A stretch of DNA of 64,000 nucleotides from Terriglobia bacterium (GTDB lineage: Bacteria; Acidobacteriota; Terriglobia; JAJPHL01; JAPKYU01): contig CBDCVK010000008.1 of assembly GCA_965223005.1 (NCBI GenBank), forward strand, positions 32,001 through 96,000. The letters run 5' to 3'. Made by a program: the position numbers and the translations under genes. Shown here piece by piece: positions 1 through 9,958 of this stretch (position 1 is the first letter of the stretch; every line of letters begins with the position of its first letter). The notes under the pieces were generated by a model. That model made no database searches, was not told where the DNA came from, and saw nothing but the letters and a program-made list of their open reading frames with translations.

Positions 1-167
1 GCTTTTCTGCGAGGCTATCTGCAGCGAATTCTGCTCCTCAGGGATTTGGGAGTCAAAGGATATCCGGGCGACAATCTCCCGACGGCTTCCATGGCGGTTG
101 GGCATGAGCAGAGCGGGTCGCGTGCTATACTGCCGCCTCGGTTCAATCATCAATAGGTCAATTCTCA

Positions 168-377
168 ATGCAAAAGAAAAAGCGTGACACCACTTCGGCG
201 GCTGAGCGCTGGAAGCGCTTCGTCGCCGCAGCCGGTCTGGAAATCCCGGACGAGGAGATCGAAGCGATCGCCCCTACGCTCGACCGCATCACCGCCGCCA
301 CGCGCCAGGCGCTCGAGCCAGACCTGGGCTTCTCGGCTCCCGCCGTCTGCTTCCGCCTGCCTGGAGGGGAGTCGTGA
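168..377 (+). CDS. Small GatC/AtzG-like amidase partner subunit (69 aa)
   Basis: Short helical ORF ending ...PAVCFRLP; its stop overlaps the GTG start of the amidase (GTGA, 374-377). Confidence 0.6.
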   Translation: MQKKKRDTTSAAERWKRFVAAAGLEIPDEEIEAIAPTLDRITAATRQALEPDLGFSAPAVCFRLPGGES

Positions 378-1789
378 GCGCGTCCTCGGTGACCACGCTC
401 AGCATCGGGAAGCTGGCCAGCCTGCTGCGAGAGCGCAAGCTCTCCCCGGTGGAACTCACACAGGCCATGCTGGACCGAATCGAAAAACAGAACCCGGCGT
501 TGAATGCCTACCTGACAGCGCTGCCGGAGACCGCTCTGGAGCAGGCGCGCGAGGCGGAGCGAGCCATTGCCTCCGGCCAGTACCGCGGGCCGCTGCATGG
601 CATTCCTGTCTCCGTGAAGGATCTGTACTACACCCGGGGCGTGCGCACCACCGCCGGGTCCCCGATTTTCGCTGATTTTGTCCCGGATCATGACGCCACC
701 GTCGTCGCACGGCTGCGCGACGCTGGCGCCGTGCTGCTGGGCAAGACACACCTGCACGAGCTGGCCTACGGGATCACCACCACCAACCCGCATTTCGGCC
801 CGGCCCGCAATCCCTGGAGTTGCACGCAAATCCCCGGCGGCTCCAGCGGCGGCTCCGGTGCGGCGGTGGCGGCCTCGCTCTGCTCGGCGTCGATGGGCAG
901 CGATACCGGCGGCTCGATCCGCATCCCGGCTGCGTATTGCGGGGTGGTGGGATTGAAGCCGACCTTTGGCCGGGTGAGCCTCCACGGCGTGATTCCGCTG
1001 GCCTGGAGCCTGGACACCGCCGGTCCTCTGGCCCGCACCGTGTGGGACGCCGCGGCGATGCTCGGGGCCATTGCAGGCCCTGGCTCCTGCGATGAGTCCG
1101 CCGCTACGGCGCCTGTGTCCGACTATCTGGGCGAGATCGGCCAGGGCGTTCGCGGCCTGGTGGTCGGGGTTCCCGAGAACTACTTTTTCGATCACCTCAG
1201 CCCGGACGTGGAGCGAGCGGTGCGCACGGCGCTTAAGACGCTGGAGGAACTCGGCGCGCGTCTGGAGCCGTTGCGGCTGCCCGGCATCGAGGAGGCCAGT
1301 GAGCTGGGCCGGCTGATCCTGCTGGGGGAGGCCGCGGCGCTGCACCAGAAGCTGCTGCGCAGTCGCCGCCACGAGATCGGCGCCGACGTGCGGGCCCTGC
1401 TGGAGCAAGGGGAATGCATCCTTGCTACCGATTACGTGAACGCGCAGCGCACCCGTCGCCGATTTGTGGCCGAGCTGGAGGCGGTCTTCCAGAAGGTGGC
1501 GGTACTGGTGATACCCACCACTCCCATCACTGCGCCTACGATCGGTGAAACCAACGTGCTCGTCAACGGAGAGCCCGAGGACGTTCGCTTGGCAAGCACT
1601 CGCCTGGTGCGCCCCTGGAACTTTGCCGGCGCGCCCGCCTTATCGGTGCCCTGCGGCCTCGACCACAGTGGGCTGCCTATCGGGCTGCAGATCGTAGGAA
1701 GAGCCTTTGACGAGTCTACGGTGTTGCGAGTTGGGTACGCCTACGAGCAGGCCACCGAATGGGTCCACCGCCACCCACCCGAGGCCTGA
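374..1789 (+). CDS. Amidase signature family protein (GatA/AtzE-like)
   Basis: Ser-cisSer-Lys triad motifs VKDL, GGSSGGS, GSDTGGSIR; C-terminal GLPIGLQIVG. Confidence 0.92.
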   Translation: MSASSVTTLSIGKLASLLRERKLSPVELTQAMLDRIEKQNPALNAYLTALPETALEQAREAERAIASGQYRGPLHGIPVSVKDLYYTRGVRTTAGSPIFADFVPDHDATVVARLRDAGAVLLGKTHLHELAYGITTTNPHFGPARNPWSCTQIPGGSSGGSGAAVAASLCSASMGSDTGGSIRIPAAYCGVVGLKPTFGRVSLHGVIPLAWSLDTAGPLARTVWDAAAMLGAIAGPGSCDESAATAPVSDYLGEIGQGVRGLVVGVPENYFFDHLSPDVERAVRTALKTLEELGARLEPLRLPGIEEASELGRLILLGEAAALHQKLLRSRRHEIGADVRALLEQGECILATDYVNAQRTRRRFVAELEAVFQKVAVLVIPTTPITAPTIGETNVLVNGEPEDVRLASTRLVRPWNFAGAPALSVPCGLDHSGLPIGLQIVGRAFDESTVLRVGYAYEQATEWVHRHPPEA

Positions 1790-1925
1790 CGGCAGCATGA
1801 CTCCAGCATAGCCAGCAACACGGCCAGCCACACGCTGAGTTCTGTTTCGGTAACTTGGAGCCTAATCATGCCCGCGACCTAACGCTGGTCGCTAACTGAT
1901 TGACCTAGCGGGCGATTCGGGAATA

Positions 1926-1972
1926 GTACAATACGTAGACGATTTGCCTTGACAAGACACAATATATTGCGT
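1926..1972 (+). promoter_or_regulatory. Tandem NrdR boxes overlapping a sigma70 -35 (TTGACA 1949-1954)
   Basis: gtacaatacgtagacg (1926-1941) and acacaatatattgcgt (1957-1972) match the NrdR consensus acaCwAtATaTwGtgt, 31 bp apart, upstream of an RNR gene. Confidence 0.85.
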
Positions 1973-2099
1973 AATCATACCGCCCGCGATCAAATGGGGA
2001 CCACGTGCAGCACCCAGGCCCGCTACCCGCAACCTAGTGAATCTTACAATGGCCTTTGGAGGCTCAGGGGCGGGGTCCCTTCGCCGTAAGGAGGTTAGG

Positions 2100-4895
2100 A
2101 TGGGCGAGCTTTCTGTAAAACTGAAGGCCAATGCGGAAGTAGCTGGCGAACGCTTTCCTAAAGGAATCCACTTCCCCCGCTATTTTACCAAAGCCACGGT
2201 CTCACCCTACGACGACGTGCTGTGGGAGTTCCGCATCGCCTCGATTACCAATGAGCGGGGCGAGACCATCTTCGAACAACGAGACGTGGAGGTGCCGAAG
2301 GACTGGTCGCAGACGGCTACCAACATCGTCGCCAGCAAATACTTTTACGGAAAGCCACAGGACCCGCAGCGAGAAACCAGTGCCCGCCAGTTGATCCGCC
2401 GCGTGGTGGACACCATCACTCAGTGGGGTCGCGCTGGAGGCTACTTTGCCAGCCCGGAGGATGCGGAAAACTTCGGCGACGAGCTGGCCCACCTGATGAC
2501 CCAGCAGAAGGCCAGCTTTAACTCGCCGGTCTGGTTCAACGTGGGCACGTCGAAGAACAGCTACGGCTGGATTTGGGACCAGGCAGTGGACGGTGTGCGC
2601 GCGGTGGAAAAGCAGGAGCGGCGGCCGCAGTGCTCGGCCTGCTTCATCAACTCAATCGACGATTCTCTGGACTCCATCCTGACATTGGCCAAGACCGAGG
2701 GCATGCTGTTCAAGTTCGGCTCCGGCACCGGCACCAACCTGTCGTCGCTGCGCGAGCAGGACGCGCCGCTGAGCGGGGGCGGCCGGGCAAGCGGCCCGCT
2801 GAGTTTCATGCGCGGCTTCGACGCTTTCGCCGGAGTCATCAAGAGCGGCGGGACCACACGCCGGGCTGCCAAAATGGTGGTGCTCAACATTGACCACCCC
2901 GACGCGGTGCAATTCATCCAATGCAAGGCCAAAGAGGAGCGTAAGGCCTGGAGGCTGGTCGAGTCCGGCTATGACAGCTCGCTGGACGGCGAAGCCTACA
3001 GCTCCATCTTCTTCCAGAACGCCAACAACTCGGTGCGGGTCACCGACGAGTTCATGCAGGCGGTGGAGCGGGACGGCGAGTGGCAAACCCGTTCGACGCT
3101 GGACGGCCGTCCGGTCAAGAGCTACGAGGCCCGCGATCTGTTGCGCATGATCGCGGAAGCCACCCACCAGTGCGGCGATCCCGGCATGCAATTTGACACC
3201 ACGGTGAACCGCTGGCACACCTCCAAGAGCAGCGGCCGGATCAACGCCTCCAATCCCTGCAGCGAGTACATGTTTCTGGACGACTCAGCCTGCAACCTGG
3301 CGTCGCTGAACCTGATGAAGTTCCTCAACGGCCAGTTTGACGTCGAGGCCTTCCGCCACGCAGTGGACACGATGATCGTGGCCCAGGAGATCATGGTGGA
3401 CAACGCCAGCTACCCCACCGAGCGGATCGGCCGTAACTCGCACGACTACCGTCCGCTGGGGCTTGGCTACGCCAACCTGGGCGCGATGCTGATGGCCAGC
3501 AGCCTGCCCTATGACTCCGACGAGGGCCGGGCGGCGGCCGGCGCCATCAGCGCCATCATGCACGGCCAGGCTTACCTGACCAGCGCCCGGCTGGCCGCCG
3601 CCATCGGCCCCTTCCCCGGCTACGAGCCGAACCGGGAGCCGTTCCTCGGGGTGATCGGGATGCACCGCGACGCAGTAGCGCAGATTCCGGCGCGGCTGGT
3701 GGCTCCTGCGCTGCTGGGAGCTGCGCAGGAGGTTTGGGACGAGTGCCTGGACACGGGGCGGCGCTTCGGCTACCGCAACGCGCAGGTCACCGTCATCGCC
3801 CCCACCGGCACCATCGGCTTCATGATGGATTGCGATACCACCGGGATCGAGCCCGAACTGGCCCTGGTGAAGTTCAAGCGGATGGTGGGCGGCGGCACGA
3901 TCAAGATCGTCAACCAGACCGTTCCGGCTGCGCTGCTCAAGCTGGGCTATGCGCCCGATCAGGTGAGCGAGATTGTCGGCTACATTGACCGTGAGGGCAC
4001 CATCGAGGGCGCCCCCAACCTGAAGCCGGAACACCTGCCGGTGTTCGATTCCTCCTTCCGGCCGGCCGGCGGGACGCGCGCCATTCACTACATGGGGCAC
4101 CTGAAGATGGTGGCCGCGGTGCAGCCGTTCGTTTCCGGCGCCATCTCCAAGACCATTAACGTGCCGGGGGAGACCACGGTCGAGGAGATCATTCAGGCCT
4201 ACTTGCAGTCCTGGAAACTAGGCCTGAAAGCTGTGGCTATCTACCGCGATGGCTCGAAGAAGGTCCAGCCGCTCAGTACGGAGAACAAGGAGATGGAGTC
4301 GAAAGCAAAACCGGTCGCCACGCCCGCCGGCGCTGTGGCTGCCGAACCCCGCCGCCGCAAGCTGGCTGCCGAGCGCGACTCCAAAACCCACAAGTTTTCT
4401 GTCGCCGGCCACGAGGGCTATATCACCGTCGGCATGTACGAGGACGGCACGCCCGGCGAGGTGTTCATCACCATGGCCAAGGAGGGCTCCACCGTCAGCG
4501 GCCTGATGGACAGCTTTGCCACGGCGATTTCCCTGGCCCTGCAATACGGTGTGCCATTGAAGGTGCTGGCGGACAAGTTCAGCCACGTGCGCTTCGAGCC
4601 CAGCGGCTGGACCGGCAACCCGGAAATCCCCTACGCCAAGTCCATCATGGACTACATCTTCCGCTGGCTGGGAGCCAAGTTCCTCTCGCCCGAATACAAA
4701 CAAAGCGAAGCAGAGACGGATGCGGTGGCGCCGCCACTGAAGCCCACTGAGCCGGAGCCACAACTGGACCTGCCTATCACCCGAGAGCCCTACCTTGAGG
4801 ACGCCCCGGTCTGTGCCGACTGCGGCAGCCTCATGACCCGCAACGGCAACTGCTACAAATGCGGCAACTGCGGCTCCACCTCCGGCTGCAGCTAG
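2100..4895 (+). CDS. nrdJ: Class II (B12-dependent) ribonucleotide reductase with C-terminal TSCPD and Zn-ribbon
   Basis: FNSPVWFN, PQCSACFI, NPCSE active-site motif, APTGTI, QPFVSGAISKT, C-terminal CxxC...CxxC...GCS; RBS aaggagg before ATG 2100. Confidence 0.95.
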   Translation: MGELSVKLKANAEVAGERFPKGIHFPRYFTKATVSPYDDVLWEFRIASITNERGETIFEQRDVEVPKDWSQTATNIVASKYFYGKPQDPQRETSARQLIRRVVDTITQWGRAGGYFASPEDAENFGDELAHLMTQQKASFNSPVWFNVGTSKNSYGWIWDQAVDGVRAVEKQERRPQCSACFINSIDDSLDSILTLAKTEGMLFKFGSGTGTNLSSLREQDAPLSGGGRASGPLSFMRGFDAFAGVIKSGGTTRRAAKMVVLNIDHPDAVQFIQCKAKEERKAWRLVESGYDSSLDGEAYSSIFFQNANNSVRVTDEFMQAVERDGEWQTRSTLDGRPVKSYEARDLLRMIAEATHQCGDPGMQFDTTVNRWHTSKSSGRINASNPCSEYMFLDDSACNLASLNLMKFLNGQFDVEAFRHAVDTMIVAQEIMVDNASYPTERIGRNSHDYRPLGLGYANLGAMLMASSLPYDSDEGRAAAGAISAIMHGQAYLTSARLAAAIGPFPGYEPNREPFLGVIGMHRDAVAQIPARLVAPALLGAAQEVWDECLDTGRRFGYRNAQVTVIAPTGTIGFMMDCDTTGIEPELALVKFKRMVGGGTIKIVNQTVPAALLKLGYAPDQVSEIVGYIDREGTIEGAPNLKPEHLPVFDSSFRPAGGTRAIHYMGHLKMVAAVQPFVSGAISKTINVPGETTVEEIIQAYLQSWKLGLKAVAIYRDGSKKVQPLSTENKEMESKAKPVATPAGAVAAEPRRRKLAAERDSKTHKFSVAGHEGYITVGMYEDGTPGEVFITMAKEGSTVSGLMDSFATAISLALQYGVPLKVLADKFSHVRFEPSGWTGNPEIPYAKSIMDYIFRWLGAKFLSPEYKQSEAETDAVAPPLKPTEPEPQLDLPITREPYLEDAPVCADCGSLMTRNGNCYKCGNCGSTSGCS

Positions 4896-5066
4896 CTCTC
4901 AAGTCGCAGTTTCTTGTTTGACAGGAAGGCTTGATCTCGCCGAAACGCGTCGGCAACGGCGTAGCCGTACAAGACGAAACGTGGCAAGTGAAAGGTGGGA
5001 CGGCGACCAGTGGCGAAGTCATGCACTGCGTTAGCGGGCCGCCGTGGAAAGGTCACTCCGAAGAAG

Positions 5067-5414
5067 TTACCAGCGTCGTCTGCCGCCACCACCGGAAAAA
5101 CCACCGCGCCCGCCACGCCCGCCGCGCCCGCCCGAAAAGTCACGGCCGCCTCCCGGCGGGCCGGCTTCCGGCCGAGCTTCATTCACCTGAAGCGTCCGCC
5201 CCTCCCACTGCATTCCGCTCAGGCGGGCGATCGCCTGTGCCATGTCTTCCCCTTGCGTCAACTCAACAAAACCAAACCCACGGGACTGGCCCGTGGCCCG
5301 GTCTCGGATCACCCGGGCGGTTTCGACCTTGAAGCCTTCGTTGGTGACCCAATCCACCAGGTCCTGGTCGTTGACCGCGTGGGGCAGATTTCCCACGTAC
5401 AGCTTTTGCGACAT
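5067..5414 (-). CDS. RRM RNA-binding protein with Gly/Arg-rich tail
   Basis: RNP2 KLYVGNL, RNP1 RGFGFVE, tail GGRGGRGG...RRW; RBS aggagg. Confidence 0.93.
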   Translation of the reverse strand: MSQKLYVGNLPHAVNDQDLVDWVTNEGFKVETARVIRDRATGQSRGFGFVELTQGEDMAQAIARLSGMQWEGRTLQVNEARPEAGPPGGGRDFSGGRGGRGGRGGFSGGGGRRRW

Positions 5415-5788
5415 CCAGAATCCTCCTGTTGCGTGGCTAGCGAGGCACTCAACACTTGGCTGCTCCCCACTCGGTAGTCGAAGGGGCTGTCCTAATCAAA
5501 GCCTCTGGCGGCCCTGTTGAGGAACTCGAAGTGATCACTAGCGCTATGCTCAGCACCGTATTATAAGTTAAACCATTCGGAGCCAACTGGTCGTTTCTTC
5601 AAAGGATCGAGCGCTTGCGCCCGGATGCCGCCGAGGCCATCGCGCTCCACGAGGAAGTAGAGCCATACATGGAAGACGCCAGGGTGGTCTCAAGCACCAA
5701 GCTGTGATAGCTTAGCAAGAGGGGACCAGAGTTTGAGTTTCCCGTTGCCCGCGCGCTGCCCGGTCGGGCGGCGATGCCATTGCGCAGC

Positions 5789-5865
5789 GGGGCCGTAGTG
5801 AAGCTGGTTATCACGCCTGCCTGTCACGCAGGAGATCGCGGGTTCGAGTCCCGTCGGCCCCGCCA
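5789..5865 (+). tRNA. tRNA-Asp(GTC)
   Basis: Acceptor GGGGCCG/CGGCCCC-G-CCA, anticodon arm cctgc-ctGTCac-gcagg, T-loop GGTTCGAGTCC. Confidence 0.96.
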
Positions 5866-6341
5866 GTCACTTCAAGCACATCCAGATGGGGGATAGCTTC
5901 CGGTCCTGCAGCTCGCCGCAAGCTCATAGAGGCCTTGATGCGAGGCAAGGACCGTTCGGCAATCATGCTGGCTTCGGCGCTCAAACTGCCGTGGTCAATC
6001 TATTCTTACGCCTTGATGGATTTGAAATCCCTCGGGTTGGTGGACTCGTCCTATGACTACGAAGAGCGAGACCGTCCAATTGCTCACGCGGCAGGCCAAG
6101 CGGTTGCTACGCGAGGCCGGTATCCGCGTCAGGAGGGGACATCTCGTGAAGGGGAATTCGGTGGTTTGGCACAGCTGACGCCAACTCAAGGCGCGAACAG
6201 CTCCGCGAGGTACTGTGGCCTAGTTTGGTGGCCGTATTTGCAAAGAAGCCATGGTGATCCGAGCTTGAGGCGACAGAGCCGTTGGCGTATGCTTTTATGC
6301 GAAACGGAAGCTCACATAAGAAATTCCGGTCTCCAGACGCG

Positions 6342-6902
6342 ATGACTGGTAAGACCCACCAGGCCGGCACAAAGGACAGCAAGGCCCCATCGGAGATCAT
6401 GCCCGTCGTCTACGACGAGCTTCGCAGGCTCGCCCGTCGCTACCTCAGGCGGGAGCGGGCCGCCCAGTCTCTTCAGGCGACGGATCTCGTCAACGAGGCC
6501 TATTTACGGCTCGTGAAGGACAAGACCCGAGCATGGCAAAACCGAACTCATTTTCTGGCAATCGCCGCCACCTCGATGCGCCAGATTCTGGTCGAAAGGG
6601 CTCGTGCCCGTACTGCATCAAAGCGTGGAGGTTCGAAAGTGCGCATCACGCTGGATGACGCGATCGCCTCGGGCGGCCAGAAATCGTTCGAATTGTTGGC
6701 CCTCGACGAGGCACTGCACAAGCTGGGCGACATCGACCCGCAGCAGGCGCGCATTGTGGAGCTGAGGTTTTTTGGAGGGCTGACCATCGAGGAGACGGCG
6801 GAAGCTCTTCGGACCTCCCCGGCGACCGTGAAGCGCGAGTGGACCATGGCCAGGGCGTGGCTCGGGCATGAAGTCCGCGGGGAACGTCGCCATGAATCCT
6901 GA
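6342..6902 (+). CDS. ECF sigma factor of the kinase-associated type (TIGR02999-like)
   Basis: VYDELRRLARRYL, SLQATDLVNEAYLRL, sigma4 ELRFFGGLTIEETAEAL...TVKREW..ARAWL; overlaps the kinase start. Confidence 0.9.
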   Translation: MTGKTHQAGTKDSKAPSEIMPVVYDELRRLARRYLRRERAAQSLQATDLVNEAYLRLVKDKTRAWQNRTHFLAIAATSMRQILVERARARTASKRGGSKVRITLDDAIASGGQKSFELLALDEALHKLGDIDPQQARIVELRFFGGLTIEETAEALRTSPATVKREWTMARAWLGHEVRGERRHES

Positions 6903-8460
6903 GCGCTGGCAGCGGCTTAAAGAACTGTTTCAGGCAGCCCTCGAGCGGGACCCAGCAAGCCGTACTGCATTTCTCGACAGAGCCTGCGCGGGCGATTCAC
7001 GCTTGCGGGAAGAGGTGGTGTCTCTACTTTCCGGCCACCAGGAGGACAGCTTCCTTGAACGGCCGGTTTACCAGGAGGCCGCCGAGCTTTTCGAGGACAC
7101 TTCCGGCGAATCGCTTATCGGCCACCAGCTGGGCCCCTACCTCCTGAGCAAGAAGCTCGGAGAGGGCGGGATGGGTATTGTCTATCTGGCCGAGGACACC
7201 CGGCTAGGGAGGCCTGTTGCGATCAAGGCCCTCGCGCCAGAATATACGAGCAATGTGCAACACCGCCAACGTTTGCAGCAGGAGGCGAAAACTGCTGCGA
7301 CCCTCGCGCACCCGGGGATTGCCACCGTCTACGCTCTGGAGGAATTTGGCGGGCACCTGTACATTGTCAGCGAGTATGTACCTGGAGAAACCCTGCGCGA
7401 GGAATTGACCAGGGGGCCGATTCCTCCCGCGGCACTGTTGCAGATAGGAATCCAGGTAGCCCGCGCGCTCCTGGCTGCCCACGAGCGCGGCGTGATCCAC
7501 CGGGACCTGAAACCCGAGAACATTATTCGAACCCCGGAAGGCAGCATAAAAATCCTCGACTTCGGATTGGCCCGCTTCCAACGGACCAGGCCAGGCGATA
7601 CTGTCTCAGCGATCCGACTGACCAGGGAAGGAACCTTCCTAGGCACCCCAGCCTATTCATCACCGGAGCAGTTGTTGGTTCGGGAGCTGGATTTTCGGAC
7701 CGACATCTTCTCATTCGGCATTTTGCTATACGAGCTTGCGTCGGGAACCCATCCATTCGCCGGCTCGGATCCGGTCTCGACGATCGCGCGCATCCTCGAG
7801 GCAGAGCCCATAGAACTCGCACGGCTCAGTCCCGCCAGCCCCCCTGGACTCGATCAGATCCTCCGACGGTGTCTACACAAGGATCCGGAGCAGCGTTACG
7901 TAGGCACTCGCGAATTGCTGGCCGATCTCGAGCAACTCAGTCCGGAGGTCTATGAATCCGGCTCGCAGTCACCGGTTTCGAAAGTGACTGTCGGAATCGT
8001 TGACGGTCGGCGTGCAACACGCCTAAGCCCGCTCTGGTGGTGGCAGTTCCATCAGGCCTTTGTCGGATTCGGGTACTACTTGATGCTGTATCCGCTGTGG
8101 AAAGTGAAGCAATGGACCCCCGGGGATTGGGGATCACTCATTTTTTTTCCCGCGGTGATGGCTGTGGGCATTGCGGCGAACCTGCGTCTCCATCTATGGT
8201 TCACCTCAAGGGTATATCCTGCCGAGCTCGAGGCACAGCGGCGACGCGTGTTCCTGTGGTTGCGCTGTTCGGATGTGCTGTTCATTCTCCTGCTTTTGGC
8301 GGGAGCGGCTGCGATTCATGATTCCCAGACAGCAGTGGCCACTCTTCTAGTGGGTGTTGCCATAGGCAGCCTGGCTGCATTCATGCTCATTGAACCCGCC
8401 ACCACGCGCGCGGCGTTGAGGAATCCGAGCTCCGGCGTGAGCCAAAAAACTCATCGCTGA
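6892..8460 (+). CDS. Hanks-type Ser/Thr protein kinase with C-terminal multi-TM domain
   Basis: GEGGMG, VAIK, HRDLKPEN, DFG, GTPAYSSPE; N-terminal MNPERWQRLKELF extension; about 4 hydrophobic helices at the C-terminus. Confidence 0.93.
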   Translation: MNPERWQRLKELFQAALERDPASRTAFLDRACAGDSRLREEVVSLLSGHQEDSFLERPVYQEAAELFEDTSGESLIGHQLGPYLLSKKLGEGGMGIVYLAEDTRLGRPVAIKALAPEYTSNVQHRQRLQQEAKTAATLAHPGIATVYALEEFGGHLYIVSEYVPGETLREELTRGPIPPAALLQIGIQVARALLAAHERGVIHRDLKPENIIRTPEGSIKILDFGLARFQRTRPGDTVSAIRLTREGTFLGTPAYSSPEQLLVRELDFRTDIFSFGILLYELASGTHPFAGSDPVSTIARILEAEPIELARLSPASPPGLDQILRRCLHKDPEQRYVGTRELLADLEQLSPEVYESGSQSPVSKVTVGIVDGRRATRLSPLWWWQFHQAFVGFGYYLMLYPLWKVKQWTPGDWGSLIFFPAVMAVGIAANLRLHLWFTSRVYPAELEAQRRRVFLWLRCSDVLFILLLLAGAAAIHDSQTAVATLLVGVAIGSLAAFMLIEPATTRAALRNPSSGVSQKTHR

Positions 8461-8531
8461 ATTCCTCTTCTTTTTGTGCCGCGCGCCTGAGCAGCGAGGA
8501 CCTCTGTGCAAAAAATGCCCCACAACACTCG

Positions 8532-9416
8532 TCAGCCAATATTGCTGATGCTGGTCAGATCCCTCTGATGTCGGGCTTTCATGAGATGATCGCGCAACGA
8601 GCTCAGCGTTCGCTTCATGGACTGACGAGCCGTGCTGTGGATCGAGGATCGTATCAATAACTTCAGGGGAGTTGGAACAGTACGGCTTAGACTCACCGAT
8701 TCGCATTCAACCAGGACGCCGCCGTCCACCTGCGCATATCGCCAGTACGAATTCAGCCGCCAGAGAAACCCTCGGTCTACCCCTTGCGGCTTCTCTCGTT
8801 CCTCCGCGGAGTTGGGATTCTCTAGCTCAGCGATCTTTACTGCCACGCTCCTGCTGGATGCTCTCGCCCCGCTGTATCGGCGATAGCTTACCAGGTGCTC
8901 TGTATTGTAGACCACGGTCACGACCTTAGAACGCCGCAGCTTGAGGTAGATCTTCAGCCAATTCGGACCTCGTTCCAGAACAGTCGACTCCAACACGTCC
9001 TCTTGTCTCGTATCGCGAGCGCCTGGATTCGCGACCTTCGAAAGCACATCGTCCAGTTCGATGCCCGGGATGAAAATGCTCCCCCGCCAATGATGGACCA
9101 TGCCTCCTGCGACGACGATCTCCTTTCCCCTCGAATTGAGGACCTTCATTTTGGTCACCGGAACTTCGCCTGCAAACAAGGCACTCCTCTCCTCTGCTCT
9201 CTCTGAGGCGGATTGAAAGTCCAGTGCGAGGAATCGTCCTCCCGATTGGATCTCTCTGGCAATGCGTCGCTCCGTCGCATTAACGTAAGCCGTCCATTCC
9301 TTTATCGTCTCGGCCTGCAACTCGGCTGCTTCGAGCCGATTGCCGCGCATCATCCCGAACATCGCAGCCAGCATAACAAGTGATCCAACTATCCCGTGAA
9401 GCATTTGGTGTCGCAT
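8532..9416 (-). CDS. Exported hypothetical protein (possible START/SRPBCC-like lipid-binding fold)
   Basis: N-terminal hydrophobic signal; motif GFLWRLNSYWRY..VDGGVLVECESVSLSR; purine-rich RBS before ATG 9416; the fold is inference only. Confidence 0.6.
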   Translation of the reverse strand: MRHQMLHGIVGSLVMLAAMFGMMRGNRLEAAELQAETIKEWTAYVNATERRIAREIQSGGRFLALDFQSASERAEERSALFAGEVPVTKMKVLNSRGKEIVVAGGMVHHWRGSIFIPGIELDDVLSKVANPGARDTRQEDVLESTVLERGPNWLKIYLKLRRSKVVTVVYNTEHLVSYRRYSGARASSRSVAVKIAELENPNSAEEREKPQGVDRGFLWRLNSYWRYAQVDGGVLVECESVSLSRTVPTPLKLLIRSSIHSTARQSMKRTLSSLRDHLMKARHQRDLTSISNIG

Positions 9417-9430
9417 ACTCCCTCCCTTCC

Positions 9431-9958
9431 TCAGAAATGTCCGTGCCTTGACAAAATCGTTGCCGGGAAACAAGTGCCTCCCCCCTTGACCTGCTCCATT
9501 TGTTTGAGACCTCCTTGAAACACCAGTCGGTCACAGGCGAAGAAATTCAGGGTTGAACAAACAGCAATCGACAGTGAATTGGCGAGCGCGTAGTTCAATT
9601 CCAAATTGCCCACGAAAAGCTTCATTAAGATGAGGTTTCCCCCAATGGACAGCGCACCGGTCGTCAGATTGAAGCGTGCAAGTCTTCTCCACCTGCCGGC
9701 CTTGTTTCCCCGGACGCGTTCGGCCCACGTCCAACTCTCGTGCCATATGAAGTTGTGGAGAACCGCTGCCTCCACTGCCACTCCTGTCCCCAGCAGATAG
9801 TGCAAACCCAACCCCCATGTCAGAACTCCTAATGTGAACAGCTGCACTACAATCCCCAAGGCACCCACTGCATTGAAGACGATCCAGCGCCGCAGTAGTG
9901 CAGATGCTTTCCAGGCTCGGGCCAAGCGGCACCACACGGTCTGAGTCTCCCCCGTCAT
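9431..9958 (-). CDS. GtrA family membrane protein
   Basis: FNAVGALGIVVQL, AVLHNFIWHESWTW, RLARFNL, NFFACDRLVF; 4-TM pattern. Confidence 0.85.
   Translation of the reverse strand: MTGETQTVWCRLARAWKASALLRRWIVFNAVGALGIVVQLFTLGVLTWGLGLHYLLGTGVAVEAAVLHNFIWHESWTWAERVRGNKAGRWRRLARFNLTTGALSIGGNLILMKLFVGNLELNYALANSLSIAVCSTLNFFACDRLVFQGGLKQMEQVKGGGTCFPATILSRHGHF

Noticed and set aside
374-1789. Calling the amidase gatA
   Set aside because: No gatB adjacent and the sequence lacks the GatA-typical RYDG segment; left as a generic amidase.
1980-2099. Cobalamin riboswitch before nrdJ (also looked before hcmB)
   Set aside because: No recognisable B12-box or conserved core; NrdR boxes already explain regulation.
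5599-6340. Short ORFs around tRNA-Asp (e.g. 5935-6345)
   Set aside because: No motifs or RBS; probably eroded island debris.
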